A DNA stretch of 64,000 nt from Ramlibacter sp. (lineage in GTDB: Bacteria; Pseudomonadota; Gammaproteobacteria; Burkholderiales; Burkholderiaceae_C). Below are positions 51,603 through 61,592 of the stretch, one piece after another. Numbering within the stretch: position 1 is the first letter of the stretch; every line of letters begins with the position of its first letter. Location: NCBI GenBank assembly GCA_019635435.1, contig JAHBZM010000001.1, positions 2,128,587 to 2,192,586 of the forward strand, in the 5' to 3' direction. The position numbers were made by a program, and so were the translations under genes. The notes under the pieces were generated by a model. It was not told the origin of the DNA and did not search any database. It saw nothing but the letters and a program-made list of their open reading frames with translations.

Positions 51603-52971
51603 AGCGCGCTTTCTCGCACCACAGGCCTGGCTGTCCGCCGCGGGCGGTGGGGTGTGGGCCAGTGAGGTGTTGCTCACGGTGGGGCCTGACGGCCATTGGC
51701 AGGCGATTGAACCTGGCGCCATACCGGCCCAGGCACAGGGCGCCACACGCTTGCCAGGGCCGGTGCTGCCTGGCGTGGTGAATGCACACAGCCATGCGTT
51801 CCAGCGCGCCATCGCCGGCCTGACGGAGCAGGGCAGTGCGCAGGGTGACGATTTCTGGAGCTGGCGCGACCGCATGTACCGCGCGGCACTGCGCATCACG
51901 CCTGCCCAGCTCGAGGCCATTGCCACCCAGCTTTACAACGAGCTGCTGCAAGGCGGCTACACCCAGGTCTGCGAGTTTCACTACCTGCACAACGACCTGG
52001 ATGGCCGGCCCTATGCCGATCCGCTGGAACTCTCGCTGGCGCTGGTGCGCGCGGCCCAGGCCACGGGCATGGGCCTGACGCTGCTGCCCACGCTGTACAT
52101 GCGCTCGGGCTTTGGCGCGCCGGGCTTGCGCGGCGACCAGCGCCGCTTTGCCAGCACACCCGCAAGCGTGCTGCGCCTGGCAGAAGGCGTGAACGCGCTG
52201 GGCCTGCCGAACGTGCGGGCGGGCGTGGCGCTGCACTCGCTGCGCGCGGTGGACGAAGCGGCGCTGAACGAGGTGGCCCAGGCCGCGCAGCGCCAGGGCT
52301 GGCCGGTGCACATCCACATTGCCGAACAGACCCAGGAGGTGGGCGACTGCCTGGCCCACCATGGCCAGCGCCCCATCGAGTGGCTGCTGGACCATGCGCC
52401 GCTGGACGCGCGCTGGAACCTGGTGCACGCCACCCACACCACGGCGGCGGAACTGCAGGGCCTGCGGGCTGCGGGCGCGGCCATCGTGATCTGCCCGAGC
52501 ACCGAGGCCAACCTGGGCGACGGCGTGTTTGACTACGAAGGCTGGGCCGGGCAGGGCGGGACCTGGTCTGTTGGCTCCGACAGCCACGTCACGCGCCGCG
52601 CCACCGAAGAGCTGCGCCTGCTCGAATACTCGCAGCGGCTGGTGCGGCGCCAGCGCAACCTGGCCGCGCGCGTGGCTGGCACGCCCAGCACAGCGGGTGC
52701 CCTGCTGCAGGCGGCCATGGCCGGGGGCTCGGTCGCGGCCGGGCTGGCATTGGGCGGCCTCGCCGTGGGGCAGCGGGCCGATTTCTGTGTGCTGCACGCC
52801 GGGGCGCCCGCGCTGGCCGGCATCCCCATGGCGCACCTGCTGGATGCCTGCGTGTTCTCCAGCCCCGATGCGGCGCTGGCTGGCACCTGGGTGGCCGGGG
52901 CGGCGGCAGGGGTCGGTCATGAGGTCGGCCAGACAGCGTTTGGCGAGGTCATGCGCGCGCTGTGGGACTAG
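51592..52971 (+). CDS. hutF: formimidoylglutamate deiminase
   Basis: Amidohydrolase-fold motif (NAHSHAFQRA). Confidence 0.8.
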   Translation: MGAEARFLAPQAWLSAAGGGVWASEVLLTVGPDGHWQAIEPGAIPAQAQGATRLPGPVLPGVVNAHSHAFQRAIAGLTEQGSAQGDDFWSWRDRMYRAALRITPAQLEAIATQLYNELLQGGYTQVCEFHYLHNDLDGRPYADPLELSLALVRAAQATGMGLTLLPTLYMRSGFGAPGLRGDQRRFASTPASVLRLAEGVNALGLPNVRAGVALHSLRAVDEAALNEVAQAAQRQGWPVHIHIAEQTQEVGDCLAHHGQRPIEWLLDHAPLDARWNLVHATHTTAAELQGLRAAGAAIVICPSTEANLGDGVFDYEGWAGQGGTWSVGSDSHVTRRATEELRLLEYSQRLVRRQRNLAARVAGTPSTAGALLQAAMAGGSVAAGLALGGLAVGQRADFCVLHAGAPALAGIPMAHLLDACVFSSPDAALAGTWVAGAAAGVGHEVGQTAFGEVMRALWD

Positions 52972-53010
52972 CCGCGGGCGGCGTTGCCGCGGCGATTTAA
53001 TATCGCGGCC

Positions 53011-53700
53011 ATGACCCAACACATTGGAATCGTTGGCTGCTCCGCGGCCGGTGCCGCGCTTTGCTACCAGACCATTTGCGTGGAGGGCGCGGCCCTGCTC
53101 GGGCCGCATGCGCACCCCGAGGTGTCCATGCACACGCCGTCGCTGGCCGACTATGTGGCCTGCCTGGACCGCCATGACCTGCATGGCGTGGGTGAGCTGA
53201 TGCTGGCCTCGGCGCACAAGCTCGCGCGCGCGGGCGCCGACTTCCTGATCTGCCCCGACAACACCATCCACCAGGCTTTTGAGCATGTGGCGCCGCGCTC
53301 CCCGCTGCCCTGGCTGCACATTGCCGAGGTGGTGGCGGCCGAAGCATTGCACCGCGGCTACCGGCGCGTGGGCATCACCGGCACGGGCTGGCTGGTGGAC
53401 AGCGAGGTCTACCCCGAGAAGCTCGCGGCGCGCGGCCTGGCCTATGTGCGGCCCGAGGCGGCCGAGCGCAACGAGATCAACCGCATCATCATGGACGAAC
53501 TGGTCTGCGGCGTGTTCACGCCCGGGGCTGTGGCGTATTTCCAGCAGGTGATCGAGCGCATGAAGGGCGACGGCTGCGACGCCGTGGTGCTGGGCTGCAC
53601 CGAGATCCCGCTGATCATCAGCGACGCCAACTCGGCCTTGCCCACGCTCGACTCCACGCGCCTGCTGGCCCGGGCTGCCCTGCAGCGCGCCGTGGCCTGA
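53011..53700 (+). CDS. Asp/Glu/hydantoin racemase-family protein
   Basis: Start at the internal ATG (MTQHIGIVG). Paired Cys-containing racemase motifs. Confidence 0.65.
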   Translation: MTQHIGIVGCSAAGAALCYQTICVEGAALLGPHAHPEVSMHTPSLADYVACLDRHDLHGVGELMLASAHKLARAGADFLICPDNTIHQAFEHVAPRSPLPWLHIAEVVAAEALHRGYRRVGITGTGWLVDSEVYPEKLAARGLAYVRPEAAERNEINRIIMDELVCGVFTPGAVAYFQQVIERMKGDGCDAVVLGCTEIPLIISDANSALPTLDSTRLLARAALQRAVA

Positions 53701-53733
53701 GCCTGCACCTCTGCCTGTGCGGGCGCGGCCAGC

Positions 53734-54594
53734 CTAGAGCGCGTTCAGCGGAATCCGCAGGTAGCTCACGCCGTTGTCGTCCGGCGGCGGCAGCTCACCG
53801 GCGCGGATGTTGACCTGGATCGACGGCAGGATCAGCGTGGGCATCTCCAGCGTGGCGTCCCGCGCGGTGCGCATGGCCACGAACTCAGCCTCGCTCACCC
53901 CGTCATGCACGTGCACGTTGCGCGCGCGCTGGTCGGCCACGGTGCATTCCCACAGCGCCTCACGCCCGGCGGGCGGGTAGTCGTGGCACATGAACAGGCG
54001 GGTTTGTGGGGGCAGGGCGAGCAGCTTGCGGATGGAGGCATACAGCTGGTGCGCATCGCCACCCGGAAAGTCGCAGCGCGCCGTGCCCACGTCGGGCATG
54101 AACAGCGTATCGCCCACGAACACGGCGTCGCCGATCTGGTAGGCCATGCAGGCCGGGGTGTGGCCCGGCGTGGCCATGGCGCGCACCTGCAGCTCGCCGA
54201 GCGCGAAGCTGTCGCCGTCTTCAAGCAGGCGGTCGAACTGGCTGCCATCCTGGCGGAAGCCGGGCTCCAGATGGAACACCTTGTTGAACACGCCCTGCAC
54301 GGTCGTGATGGCGCGGCCAATGGCGATCTGCCCGCCCAGCTCCTGGCGCAGCCAGGGCGCGGCCGTGAGGTGGTCGGCATGGGCGTGGGTTTCAAGGATC
54401 CACTGCACCTGCAGGCCCTGTTCGCGCACCCAGGCCGCGACCTTTTCAGCCGAGGTGGTGCGCGTGCGGCCCGACTTGGGGTCGTAGTCCAGCACCGGGT
54501 CAATGATGGCGCAGGCCGAGCCGGGCCCCGCGTGGACCACGTGGGTCGCGGTCCAGGTGGCGGGGTCAAAAAACGTCTGGACGAGGGGGTTCAT
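53734..54594 (-). CDS. MBL-fold metallo-hydrolase (Blh/persulfide-dioxygenase-like)
   Basis: HAHADH metal-binding motif. Divergent from an ArsR/BigR-type regulator. Confidence 0.75.
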   Translation of the reverse strand: MNPLVQTFFDPATWTATHVVHAGPGSACAIIDPVLDYDPKSGRTRTTSAEKVAAWVREQGLQVQWILETHAHADHLTAAPWLRQELGGQIAIGRAITTVQGVFNKVFHLEPGFRQDGSQFDRLLEDGDSFALGELQVRAMATPGHTPACMAYQIGDAVFVGDTLFMPDVGTARCDFPGGDAHQLYASIRKLLALPPQTRLFMCHDYPPAGREALWECTVADQRARNVHVHDGVSEAEFVAMRTARDATLEMPTLILPSIQVNIRAGELPPPDDNGVSYLRIPLNAL

Positions 54595-54622
54595 GGCGGG
54601 CTCCTTGGGTTGACTTGCGAGA

Positions 54623-54662
54623 ATTATAATCTATTGACAAATATAATGTAATCTGGCAAACT
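54623..54662. promoter_or_regulatory. AT-rich divergent promoter region between the MBL hydrolase gene and the ArsR regulator gene
   Basis: Minus strand reads TTACAT-N17-TATAAT with an AAGGAG RBS before the MBL gene. Plus strand reads TTGACA-N17-CAAACT. Confidence 0.45.
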
Positions 54663-54697
54663 GAATTTGTTCTGGATCAACTTGTGGAGCAAAAGCA

Positions 54698-55036
54698 ATG
54701 AATGAAGACGCCGTGATCGAGCTGGACGCCATGCGCACCGCCGCGCAGTCGGCCTGCGCGCTGATGAAGGTGCTGTCCAACCCCGACCGCCTGCTGCTGC
54801 TGTGCGAGCTGGCCGGGGGCGAACGCAATGTGGGCGAACTGGAAGAGGCGCTGGGCATCGTGCAGCCCACGCTGTCGCAGCAGCTCACGGTGCTGCGCAA
54901 CGAAGCGCTGGTGAGCACCCGCCGCGACGGCAAGAACATCTATTACGAAATGGCCAGCCCCCAGGCGCTGGCCGTGATGCAGGTGCTGTACACGCAGTTC
55001 TGCCAACCCGTCAAACCCAAAAGGAGCCGCAAATGA
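54698..55036 (+). CDS. ArsR/SmtB-family transcriptional regulator (BigR/SqrR-like)
   Basis: Winged-helix HTH with a pair of Cys residues, consistent with thiol-based persulfide sensing. Confidence 0.75.
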   Translation: MNEDAVIELDAMRTAAQSACALMKVLSNPDRLLLLCELAGGERNVGELEEALGIVQPTLSQQLTVLRNEALVSTRRDGKNIYYEMASPQALAVMQVLYTQFCQPVKPKRSRK

Positions 55037-55464
55037 CCATTGACTGGAATCACTTCACCCCCTGGGTCTCGCTGGCCGGGGGCCTGCTGCTGGGCCTGGC
55101 CTCGGCCGCCTTCATTTTGCTCAACGGGCGCGTGCTGGGCATTAGCGGCATTGTGGGCGGGCTGATCAAGCCGCTGGCGGGCGACGCGCTGTGGCGCGTG
55201 GCCTTTGTGGCCGGGCTGCTGGCCGCGCCCTGGGTGTGGACCTTGTTTGCCGCGCCCGTGGTGCCGCGCATTGACGCCGGCGGCGCGGTGCTGGTGGTGG
55301 CCGGCCTGCTCGTGGGCTGGGGTACCCGTTATGGATCGGGCTGCACCAGTGGCCACGGGGTGTGCGGGCTGTCGCGCCTGTCACCACGCTCCCTGGTGGC
55401 CACGCTGGCCTTCATGGGGGCGGGTTTTGCCGTGGTGTTTGTGGCGCGCCACCTGTTGGCTTGA
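55033..55464 (+). CDS. YeeE/YedE-family (DUF395) membrane protein
   Basis: Internal ATG (MTIDWNHF). Sulfur-transport-like membrane protein with a GSGCTSGHG motif. Confidence 0.7.
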   Translation: MTIDWNHFTPWVSLAGGLLLGLASAAFILLNGRVLGISGIVGGLIKPLAGDALWRVAFVAGLLAAPWVWTLFAAPVVPRIDAGGAVLVVAGLLVGWGTRYGSGCTSGHGVCGLSRLSPRSLVATLAFMGAGFAVVFVARHLLA

Positions 55465-55475
55465 GGAGAAAACAC

Positions 55476-55910
55476 ATGAAACGACTGACCGAATTCCTGG
55501 TGGGCCTGCTGTTTGGCCTGGGCCTGATCCTGGCGGGCATGACCGACCCGGGCAAGGTGCTGGGCTTTCTGGACCTGGCGGGTGCCTGGGACCCGTCGCT
55601 GGCCCTGGTGATGGGCGGGGCCATCGGGGTGGGGTTCTTTGCGTTTGCGTTGGCCCGCAAGCGCACCGCCGCGTTCCTGGGTGACGCCATGCGCCTGCCC
55701 ACAGGGCGCGACATCGACCGCCGGCTGGTGATCGGCAGCCTGGTGTTTGGCGCGGGCTGGGGCCTCGCGGGGTTCTGCCCGGGCCCGGCGCTGGTGGCGG
55801 CGGGTGCTGGACACTGGCAGGCTGTGGTGTTCGTGCTGGCCATGCTGGCGGGCATGGGCTTGCATGAACTGTCGGCCCGGCCGGCTAATCCTGCCGCGGG
55901 GCAGGCCTGA
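55476..55910 (+). CDS. YeeE/YedE-family membrane protein (second half-transporter)
   Basis: GAGGAG RBS followed by ATG (MKRLTEF). Confidence 0.7.
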   Translation: MKRLTEFLVGLLFGLGLILAGMTDPGKVLGFLDLAGAWDPSLALVMGGAIGVGFFAFALARKRTAAFLGDAMRLPTGRDIDRRLVIGSLVFGAGWGLAGFCPGPALVAAGAGHWQAVVFVLAMLAGMGLHELSARPANPAAGQA

Positions 55911-55912
55911 GC

Positions 55913-56731
55913 ATGACTGGCGCTGAACTGGTGGCGCCGGGCCTGGGCGCGCTGGTGGGGCTGGTGCTGGCGCTCACGGGCGCGGGCGGCGCCATCATTG
56001 CCGTGCCCTTGCTGGTGTTCGGCCTGCACCTGAGCATGGCGCAGGCCGGGCCGGTGGGGCTGCTGGCCGTGGCCCTGGCGGCCACGGTGGGCGCGGTGCT
56101 GGGCTGGCGGGCCGGCGTGCTGCGCTACAAGGCCGCTGCGCTCATGGCCGCTGCCGGGCTGGTGGTGAGCCCGCTGGGCCTCTGGCTGGCGCAGCGCATT
56201 CCCAACCGGCCTTTGACGGCGCTGTTTGGTGCCGTGTTGGTGGGGGTGGCGTGGCGCATGTTCCGCCAGGCCGGGCGTGACTTGCGGGGTGAGCCGCGCG
56301 TGGCGGCCAGCGAGCCGCCGTGCAGGCTGGATGCCGCGACGGGCAAGCTGCATTGGAATGCGTCCTGCGCACGCTCGCTGGGGCTGGCGGGCGGGGCGGC
56401 GGGCTTTCTGTCGGGGCTGCTGGGCGTGGGCGGCGGCTTTGTGCTGGTGCCCACCCTGCTGGCGGTGACCGACCTGCCCATGAAAGCCGTGGTGGCCACC
56501 TCCGTGGGCGTGCTGGCCTTGGTGTCGGCCGGCGGCGTGTTCAACGCCAGCGTGGCCGGGCTGGTGCGCTGGGACGTGGGCTGGCCCTTTGCCGCCGGCG
56601 CGCTCGGCGGCCTGGTGCTGGGCCGCAGCTTTGCCAGCCGCCTGTCGGGGCCGCGGCTGCAGCAGGGCTTTGCAGTGCTGTCGGGTGCGATTGCGGTGAG
56701 TTTGCTGGCGCGGGCGGTGGGGTGGGTTTGA
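55913..56731 (+). CDS. TauE/SafE-family sulfite exporter (DUF81)
   Basis: 272 aa, eight TMS with an internal duplication. Confidence 0.75.
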   Translation: MTGAELVAPGLGALVGLVLALTGAGGAIIAVPLLVFGLHLSMAQAGPVGLLAVALAATVGAVLGWRAGVLRYKAAALMAAAGLVVSPLGLWLAQRIPNRPLTALFGAVLVGVAWRMFRQAGRDLRGEPRVAASEPPCRLDAATGKLHWNASCARSLGLAGGAAGFLSGLLGVGGGFVLVPTLLAVTDLPMKAVVATSVGVLALVSAGGVFNASVAGLVRWDVGWPFAAGALGGLVLGRSFASRLSGPRLQQGFAVLSGAIAVSLLARAVGWV

Positions 56732-56866
56732 GGATGGGCGCTGCGGAGTGAGCTGAAGTGGGGAATTGGGATATAAATCTCTGTATGAACTGCACGCCCA
56801 CAGCCCGAACGCCAGAGTGCATGCAAGTAATACGGCGGATCTGACTTTTATATCGCACCAGGTCTT

Positions 56867-57274
56867 ATGCGCACGCACGTCGAATTTGTCTCCACAAAGT
56901 TCCCTGCGTATCCAGGAGAAGATGAGAAAGTCAACCCCGGTCGCTTTGGCAAGCGGCTTGCTGAGTACCTTGCAGCACAGCTGCCGAGCCATGGCTTTGT
57001 CGTTGCTTCGATCAGAGCCGAAGATTGGGGATGGATGGTTGAATTGGTAAACCCTGAATTCCCGCTTTGGGTGGGATGCGGTAGCTACGACGAAAAGCCG
57101 AATGCATTTCTGTGCTTCATAGAGCCGTCGAAGCCATTTGTGCGTAAGTGGTTTTCGAAAATCGACACTACCCAGAAAGTCGAAAGCCTTGCGGTGACCA
57201 TGAACCGCATATTGCTTGCTAATGACCAAGTCTCTGAGCTCAGATGGTGGACTGAGGATGAAGTTCAGACTTGA
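56867..57274 (+). CDS. hypothetical protein (lower-GC patch)
   Basis: 135 aa, no recognised domain. Confidence 0.4.
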   Translation: MRTHVEFVSTKFPAYPGEDEKVNPGRFGKRLAEYLAAQLPSHGFVVASIRAEDWGWMVELVNPEFPLWVGCGSYDEKPNAFLCFIEPSKPFVRKWFSKIDTTQKVESLAVTMNRILLANDQVSELRWWTEDEVQT

Positions 57275-57328
57275 CAGGGCGTTCTGGGACGATCGCGCCG
57301 CCTCAAAACTTCGACGCTATAGCGCTAC

Positions 57329-57616
57329 ATGATCAGTCGCATCGCCAACGCAATAAGTTCGTGGGACGCAATCTCGCTATTGCTTTCCGTGCTTGTTGGC
57401 GCAGTCTGCCTTGCCTTCGTTGCGTTCAACTGGGCCATGCACTTTGTTGGTTCTGGCAACTATTTGGGGGCAGGGGGAATTGTGTTGGCGTCGGTGGTGG
57501 TTACTTTGGCGGCGGCCGCGCGAGTACCGGTGGCATTGGTACTTCTTTTCGGCAGCGCCGTGATCGTCGGAACGGCGTTCTCAATTGGAGCAAGCAACCT
57601 TGTCATGCCTTATTAA
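57329..57616 (+). CDS. hypothetical membrane protein
   Basis: 95 aa with three hydrophobic segments. Confidence 0.35.
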   Translation: MISRIANAISSWDAISLLLSVLVGAVCLAFVAFNWAMHFVGSGNYLGAGGIVLASVVVTLAAAARVPVALVLLFGSAVIVGTAFSIGASNLVMPY

Positions 57617-57716
57617 CTGGTTCGTCGGATGGACCCATAACGGCGGCTGGCGCGACTGCCACTTGTTCAGACTGAGTGTGCCGCTGCTGCCCATTCACGG
57701 CCAACGGTAGGTCTTA

Positions 57717-58331
57717 ATGAACCGGGTGATCTCCTTCCTGAGGCCTCTACGCGCGGCTCACTGGTCATTGCCTCTGATCATCGTTGGATCCGCCCTGTTC
57801 ATCGTGTTCGCGCAGCCCTGCAGAGAAGGGCCGCTGTATGCCGAAGTCTGTTGGTTGCTGCTGACAAGTTGCATCGTGCTCTGGTCGAATCACCTTGCCG
57901 CTGCTCCGGTGCAAGGTCTGCGACAACTGGGTGTCCTGATAGTCAGCTGCGGCAAGGACGCGATCTCGCTTTTCCTGTGGTTCATTTTTGCGGGCATTCC
58001 ATTGGCGATTGCTGTTCCTGCCTATCAGTGCTACACGCCGCGAGCAAAGGCGAGTGAAGTCGTGCTGGCGGCATCGATACTGCGACGTGAAATAGATGAA
58101 AAGGCGCGCAGACAAGGCACGCTCTCGGGCGCAGGAAAGGACCTTCAGTTCAAGCCTTCAGGGCGCACGGTGGCTGGTTATGTCACAGAAAACGGCGAGA
58201 TCGTCGCAATCGGCGAGGACCCGCCTGTAGTGATCGTTCTTGCTCCGCAACTTGTTGACGGCGCGGTAAAGTGGGAGTGTCGCGGCTACCCCAACAAGAT
58301 CGTTCCAGTGTTCTGCCGAGCAGATAAGTGA
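57717..58331 (+). CDS. hypothetical membrane protein with a C-terminal soluble domain
   Basis: 204 aa. Four N-terminal TM segments followed by a Cys-containing domain. Confidence 0.4.
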   Translation: MNRVISFLRPLRAAHWSLPLIIVGSALFIVFAQPCREGPLYAEVCWLLLTSCIVLWSNHLAAAPVQGLRQLGVLIVSCGKDAISLFLWFIFAGIPLAIAVPAYQCYTPRAKASEVVLAASILRREIDEKARRQGTLSGAGKDLQFKPSGRTVAGYVTENGEIVAIGEDPPVVIVLAPQLVDGAVKWECRGYPNKIVPVFCRADK

Positions 58332-58367
58332 GACCAGACCTCGCCATCCTCACCCTCAACCGTCACC

Positions 58368-59015
58368 ATGTCCAGACTTCGCGTAGAAAGTTTCACCATC
58401 TCCCTCGACGGTTTCGGCGCTGGCCCGGACCAGGACATCAACAACCCTCTGGGCGTGGGCGGCACGTTGCTTCATGGCTGGGCCATTCCCACCCGGACGT
58501 TCCAGAAGACCTTGTTCGGCAAGGACGGCGGAGAAACGGGCGTGGATGACGACTTTGCCGCCCGGGGCTTTCAGAACATTGGGGCCTGGATTCTGGGCCG
58601 GAACATGTTCGGACCGGTTCGCGGCCCCTGGCCCGACGAGACCTGGCGCGGCTGGTGGGGCGAAAACCCGGTCTATCACGTCCCGGTGTTTGTGCTGACC
58701 CACCACGCACGCGCGCCGCTGGTCATGGAAGGCGGCACCACCTTCCACTTTGTGACCGAAGGGATTGCCGCCGCGCTGGCGCAGGCGCGCGAAGCGGCTG
58801 GGGGCAAGGATGTTCGCGTGGGTGGCGGGGTCGATGTCATTCAACAGTACCTTCGCCAACGCCTGATCGACGAGATGCACATCGCCATTGCGCCGGTCCT
58901 GCTCGGCTCTGGGGAAAGACTTTTTGAAGGAGTCAACCTTCCTGCTTTGGGGTATGCCTGCACGCGGCACCTAAGCACTTCACTGGCGACCCATCTGGTC
59001 ATCGCCCGGCAATGA
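58368..59015 (+). CDS. dihydrofolate reductase-family protein (RibD C-terminal domain)
   Basis: Sequence FTISLDGFGAGPDQ...GRNMFGP, typical of YwjB/RibD_C-like reductases. Confidence 0.75.
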   Translation: MSRLRVESFTISLDGFGAGPDQDINNPLGVGGTLLHGWAIPTRTFQKTLFGKDGGETGVDDDFAARGFQNIGAWILGRNMFGPVRGPWPDETWRGWWGENPVYHVPVFVLTHHARAPLVMEGGTTFHFVTEGIAAALAQAREAAGGKDVRVGGGVDVIQQYLRQRLIDEMHIAIAPVLLGSGERLFEGVNLPALGYACTRHLSTSLATHLVIARQ

Positions 59016-59055
59016 CCTGAGCGCTGTCTGACACACCCCAACCTCAAGTTTCAAG

Positions 59056-59334
59056 ATGCTTTGGCTGACCATTTTTCTCGGAGGCGCTCTTGTGTGGGCA
59101 GGCATTGATGCCTTGTTGCACCTGGGGGCGCCGCAATACTTGACCAAGCGGGAAATTGCGGAGGCGGTGTATGGCGATGGTGCGCCACAGATGTCGGAAC
59201 GCGGTGAGCACTATGCTCGCAGACGCCTGATCGTGCAGGACTCTTCCCTCGCGACGTTGATTGCATGGTTGTTCATTGTTGCGGGCCTGGCGTCAGTCAT
59301 CGGTGCAATATGGTTGCTTTTACAAACCTGGTAG
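59056..59334 (+). CDS. hypothetical small membrane protein
   Basis: 92 aa, two TM segments. Confidence 0.3.
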   Translation: MLWLTIFLGGALVWAGIDALLHLGAPQYLTKREIAEAVYGDGAPQMSERGEHYARRRLIVQDSSLATLIAWLFIVAGLASVIGAIWLLLQTW

Positions 59335-59384
59335 CTGGTTCCCTGCGGCGGCTTGCCGAGTCGGCTGGATGCGAGTGTTGACCC

Positions 59385-59648
59385 ATGGACGATTTTCTTG
59401 CGCTCGCTGCGTGGCTCGTCGTGGAAGTCGTGCTCATTCAAACGGGGAGGGTCGCGGTGTGGTTTGCCACACTTGGCCGCTGGCGCGGGGAGCGCATCAC
59501 CGAAAACGAGGGGCGCATCCACGGGCCGGCGGGCGCACTTTCGTTCGTGCGGGAAGGCCGTCGAATCGTGACCGCCAGCGGCATGCTATTTGCCGGAATC
59601 CTTTTCTACGCTGCGCTTGTCCTTTTTCTCCTCGCTTGGGCCAGATGA
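59385..59648 (+). CDS. hypothetical small membrane protein
   Basis: 87 aa, two TM segments. Confidence 0.3.
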   Translation: MDDFLALAAWLVVEVVLIQTGRVAVWFATLGRWRGERITENEGRIHGPAGALSFVREGRRIVTASGMLFAGILFYAALVLFLLAWAR

Positions 59649-59799
59649 TCCGAGCAAGATCTTCGGCCAGTCACAAGCGGAGCAGGGCCTCGACCCGTTG
59701 ACGGGGGCCAATACCGGAAGCTGCAGGCACTTGGAACGCTTGCTCCCGTCGCGGCTCGGCGCAGTCGTCCTACGCCGCAAGAGGCTTCCGAGGCTCGCT

Positions 59800-60216
59800 T
59801 CAGGTCTGAGCTTCGCTCGGCATGGACGCCGGGTCCATCCAGAGCGCGGCCCACAGGTGGCCGTCGGGGTCGGCAAGGTCGCGGGTGTACATGAAGCCCA
59901 GGTCCTCGGCCGGGTTCGCATCCGCCTGACCTCCATGGGCCGCCGCGGCAAGGTTCATCGCGTCCACGGCGCCGCGGCTTTCCAGCGCGAGCGAGAGCAT
60001 CATCGCGCTGCTCCCGGCCGGCGGGAACGGCCGCTGCGTGAACGTGCGCCACTTGGCGTGGCTGACCAGCATCACCTGGATGGCCTCGCTCCACACCATG
60101 CAGGCGGAGGCGTCGTCGCTGAATTGCGGGTTCTGGCTGAAGCCCAGCGCCGTGTAGAAGGCGATGGAGGCCTTGAGGTCGGTGACCGGCAGGCTGATGA
60201 AGATCATCTTTGTCAT
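59800..60216 (-). CDS. VOC/glyoxalase-family protein
   Basis: Start at MTKMIFISLPV. Glyoxalase-fold beta-alpha-beta-beta-beta pattern. Confidence 0.65.
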   Translation of the reverse strand: MTKMIFISLPVTDLKASIAFYTALGFSQNPQFSDDASACMVWSEAIQVMLVSHAKWRTFTQRPFPPAGSSAMMLSLALESRGAVDAMNLAAAAHGGQADANPAEDLGFMYTRDLADPDGHLWAALWMDPASMPSEAQT

Positions 60217-60326
60217 GGGGTTTCCTTGGTGTGTGTCTGGGGGCTGGAGCCTCCGCACGGGCAGAGCCTCACCCCTACGACGATCGACCCACGCCGGAAT
60301 CGACAAATGGCCGGACCGGCACCGCC

Positions 60327-61433
60327 TCAGGGTTGGGCGGAGATGTAGCCGGCAAAGCGGGACAGGAAGTCGTGGATGTGCAGGGTGCCCTGGTAGTAGC
60401 GGCCCCAGCTGAATACCCGCATCTGCACCTGGCGGCCATGGATGACGAGGATCTGCACTGCAACGTAGTGCAGGTACTGGTCTTCGGAGAGGCTGGTCCT
60501 CATCCGGCCGCCGTTGAGCGCGTTGAGGATGCCCGGGTCGATGGCGATGATCACAAAATGGTGCTGGCCCAGCTTGTTGCAGGCTTCCTGCAGGGTTTTC
60601 AACTTGACCAGGTAGCCATGCGCGTCCTCGGCCTCGAAGGCGGTCTTGGTCGAAGGCTTGATCGAACCATGGGTGTCGATCTTCTGGACCAGGCGCGACA
60701 GGCTGATGGCATCGTCATGCTCGTAGGACCGCGGGCGCATGTGGCTTTGTATGTTGCGGAAGCTGATGCGGTCGACAACGTTGGTGAAGCCCATCTTGCG
60801 CAGCGTGCCCGCCAGCAGGGTGGGTTGGGTGCCCTGAACGGCGGCCGACAGGACGCCGGGCACGTGGGACACGTCCAGCGCGTTGCGGATGCTGGCCAGC
60901 GCCACGTAGTCCACCTCCTTCATGCCGTCCGGAATGGGCGCTGCCTTGATCTGCGGGATCGGTTCGATCAGCGAATCCCGCAGGTGGCCCACGCCGGTGG
61001 TGACGAGGTCAATGCAGAACGACACATAGTGTTCCGGGCTCCTCTGCGCGTACAGGAACAGCAGGCTGGCCTGCCCGCAAAAATCCACCTCGGCCTGGTT
61101 GATGTCCTGGGGGCGCGCAACGCGGATCGCAAGCTGCAGTGCAAACTGCAGCGGGTTGACGTTGGTGAAAAACGAGTTCCACGGAAACTCGTTGCGGAAC
61201 TCCAGCAATTCGATGGCATCGATCAGGCCCGGCCGCGGCGGATTGATTTCCTGAAGGATGGCTTTCCAGGTGGTCAGGAAGTTCACCAGTTCTGGTTGTG
61301 TGGGTGTGACGTACCCCGGATCGGCGAGGGTCGCGCAGACAGTATTGATGGCGATGTTCACGGGCCTCGTGTGGTTGCGGATCAGCGCCAGTTGCGTGGT
61401 GCAGTAATTCTGGAGGGTGGCAAGGGTCATCAT
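60327..61433 (-). CDS. hypothetical protein (368 aa), no recognised domain
   Basis: Long ORF of ordinary amino-acid composition. Precedes an AraC regulator. Confidence 0.45.
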   Translation of the reverse strand: MMTLATLQNYCTTQLALIRNHTRPVNIAINTVCATLADPGYVTPTQPELVNFLTTWKAILQEINPPRPGLIDAIELLEFRNEFPWNSFFTNVNPLQFALQLAIRVARPQDINQAEVDFCGQASLLFLYAQRSPEHYVSFCIDLVTTGVGHLRDSLIEPIPQIKAAPIPDGMKEVDYVALASIRNALDVSHVPGVLSAAVQGTQPTLLAGTLRKMGFTNVVDRISFRNIQSHMRPRSYEHDDAISLSRLVQKIDTHGSIKPSTKTAFEAEDAHGYLVKLKTLQEACNKLGQHHFVIIAIDPGILNALNGGRMRTSLSEDQYLHYVAVQILVIHGRQVQMRVFSWGRYYQGTLHIHDFLSRFAGYISAQP

Positions 61434-61562
61434 GGCGGCGGCCTGGCGGTGTCACTGGGTGCGCCGCAGGGTAAAAGCCGTCTGCGCCGGGGTCAATCCT
61501 GTCAACCTTGACAGGTGGGGGCCGGAAAAGCACGCTGGACGCTATATTTTGTATAGCGCCCA

Positions 61563-61592
61563 ATGCCCGCCAGTCCTGGACTACAGCCCGAT
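61563..61592. repeat. interspersed repeat, copy f (inverted)
   Basis: ATGCCCGCCAGTCCTGGACTACAGCCCGAT. Confidence 0.55.
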
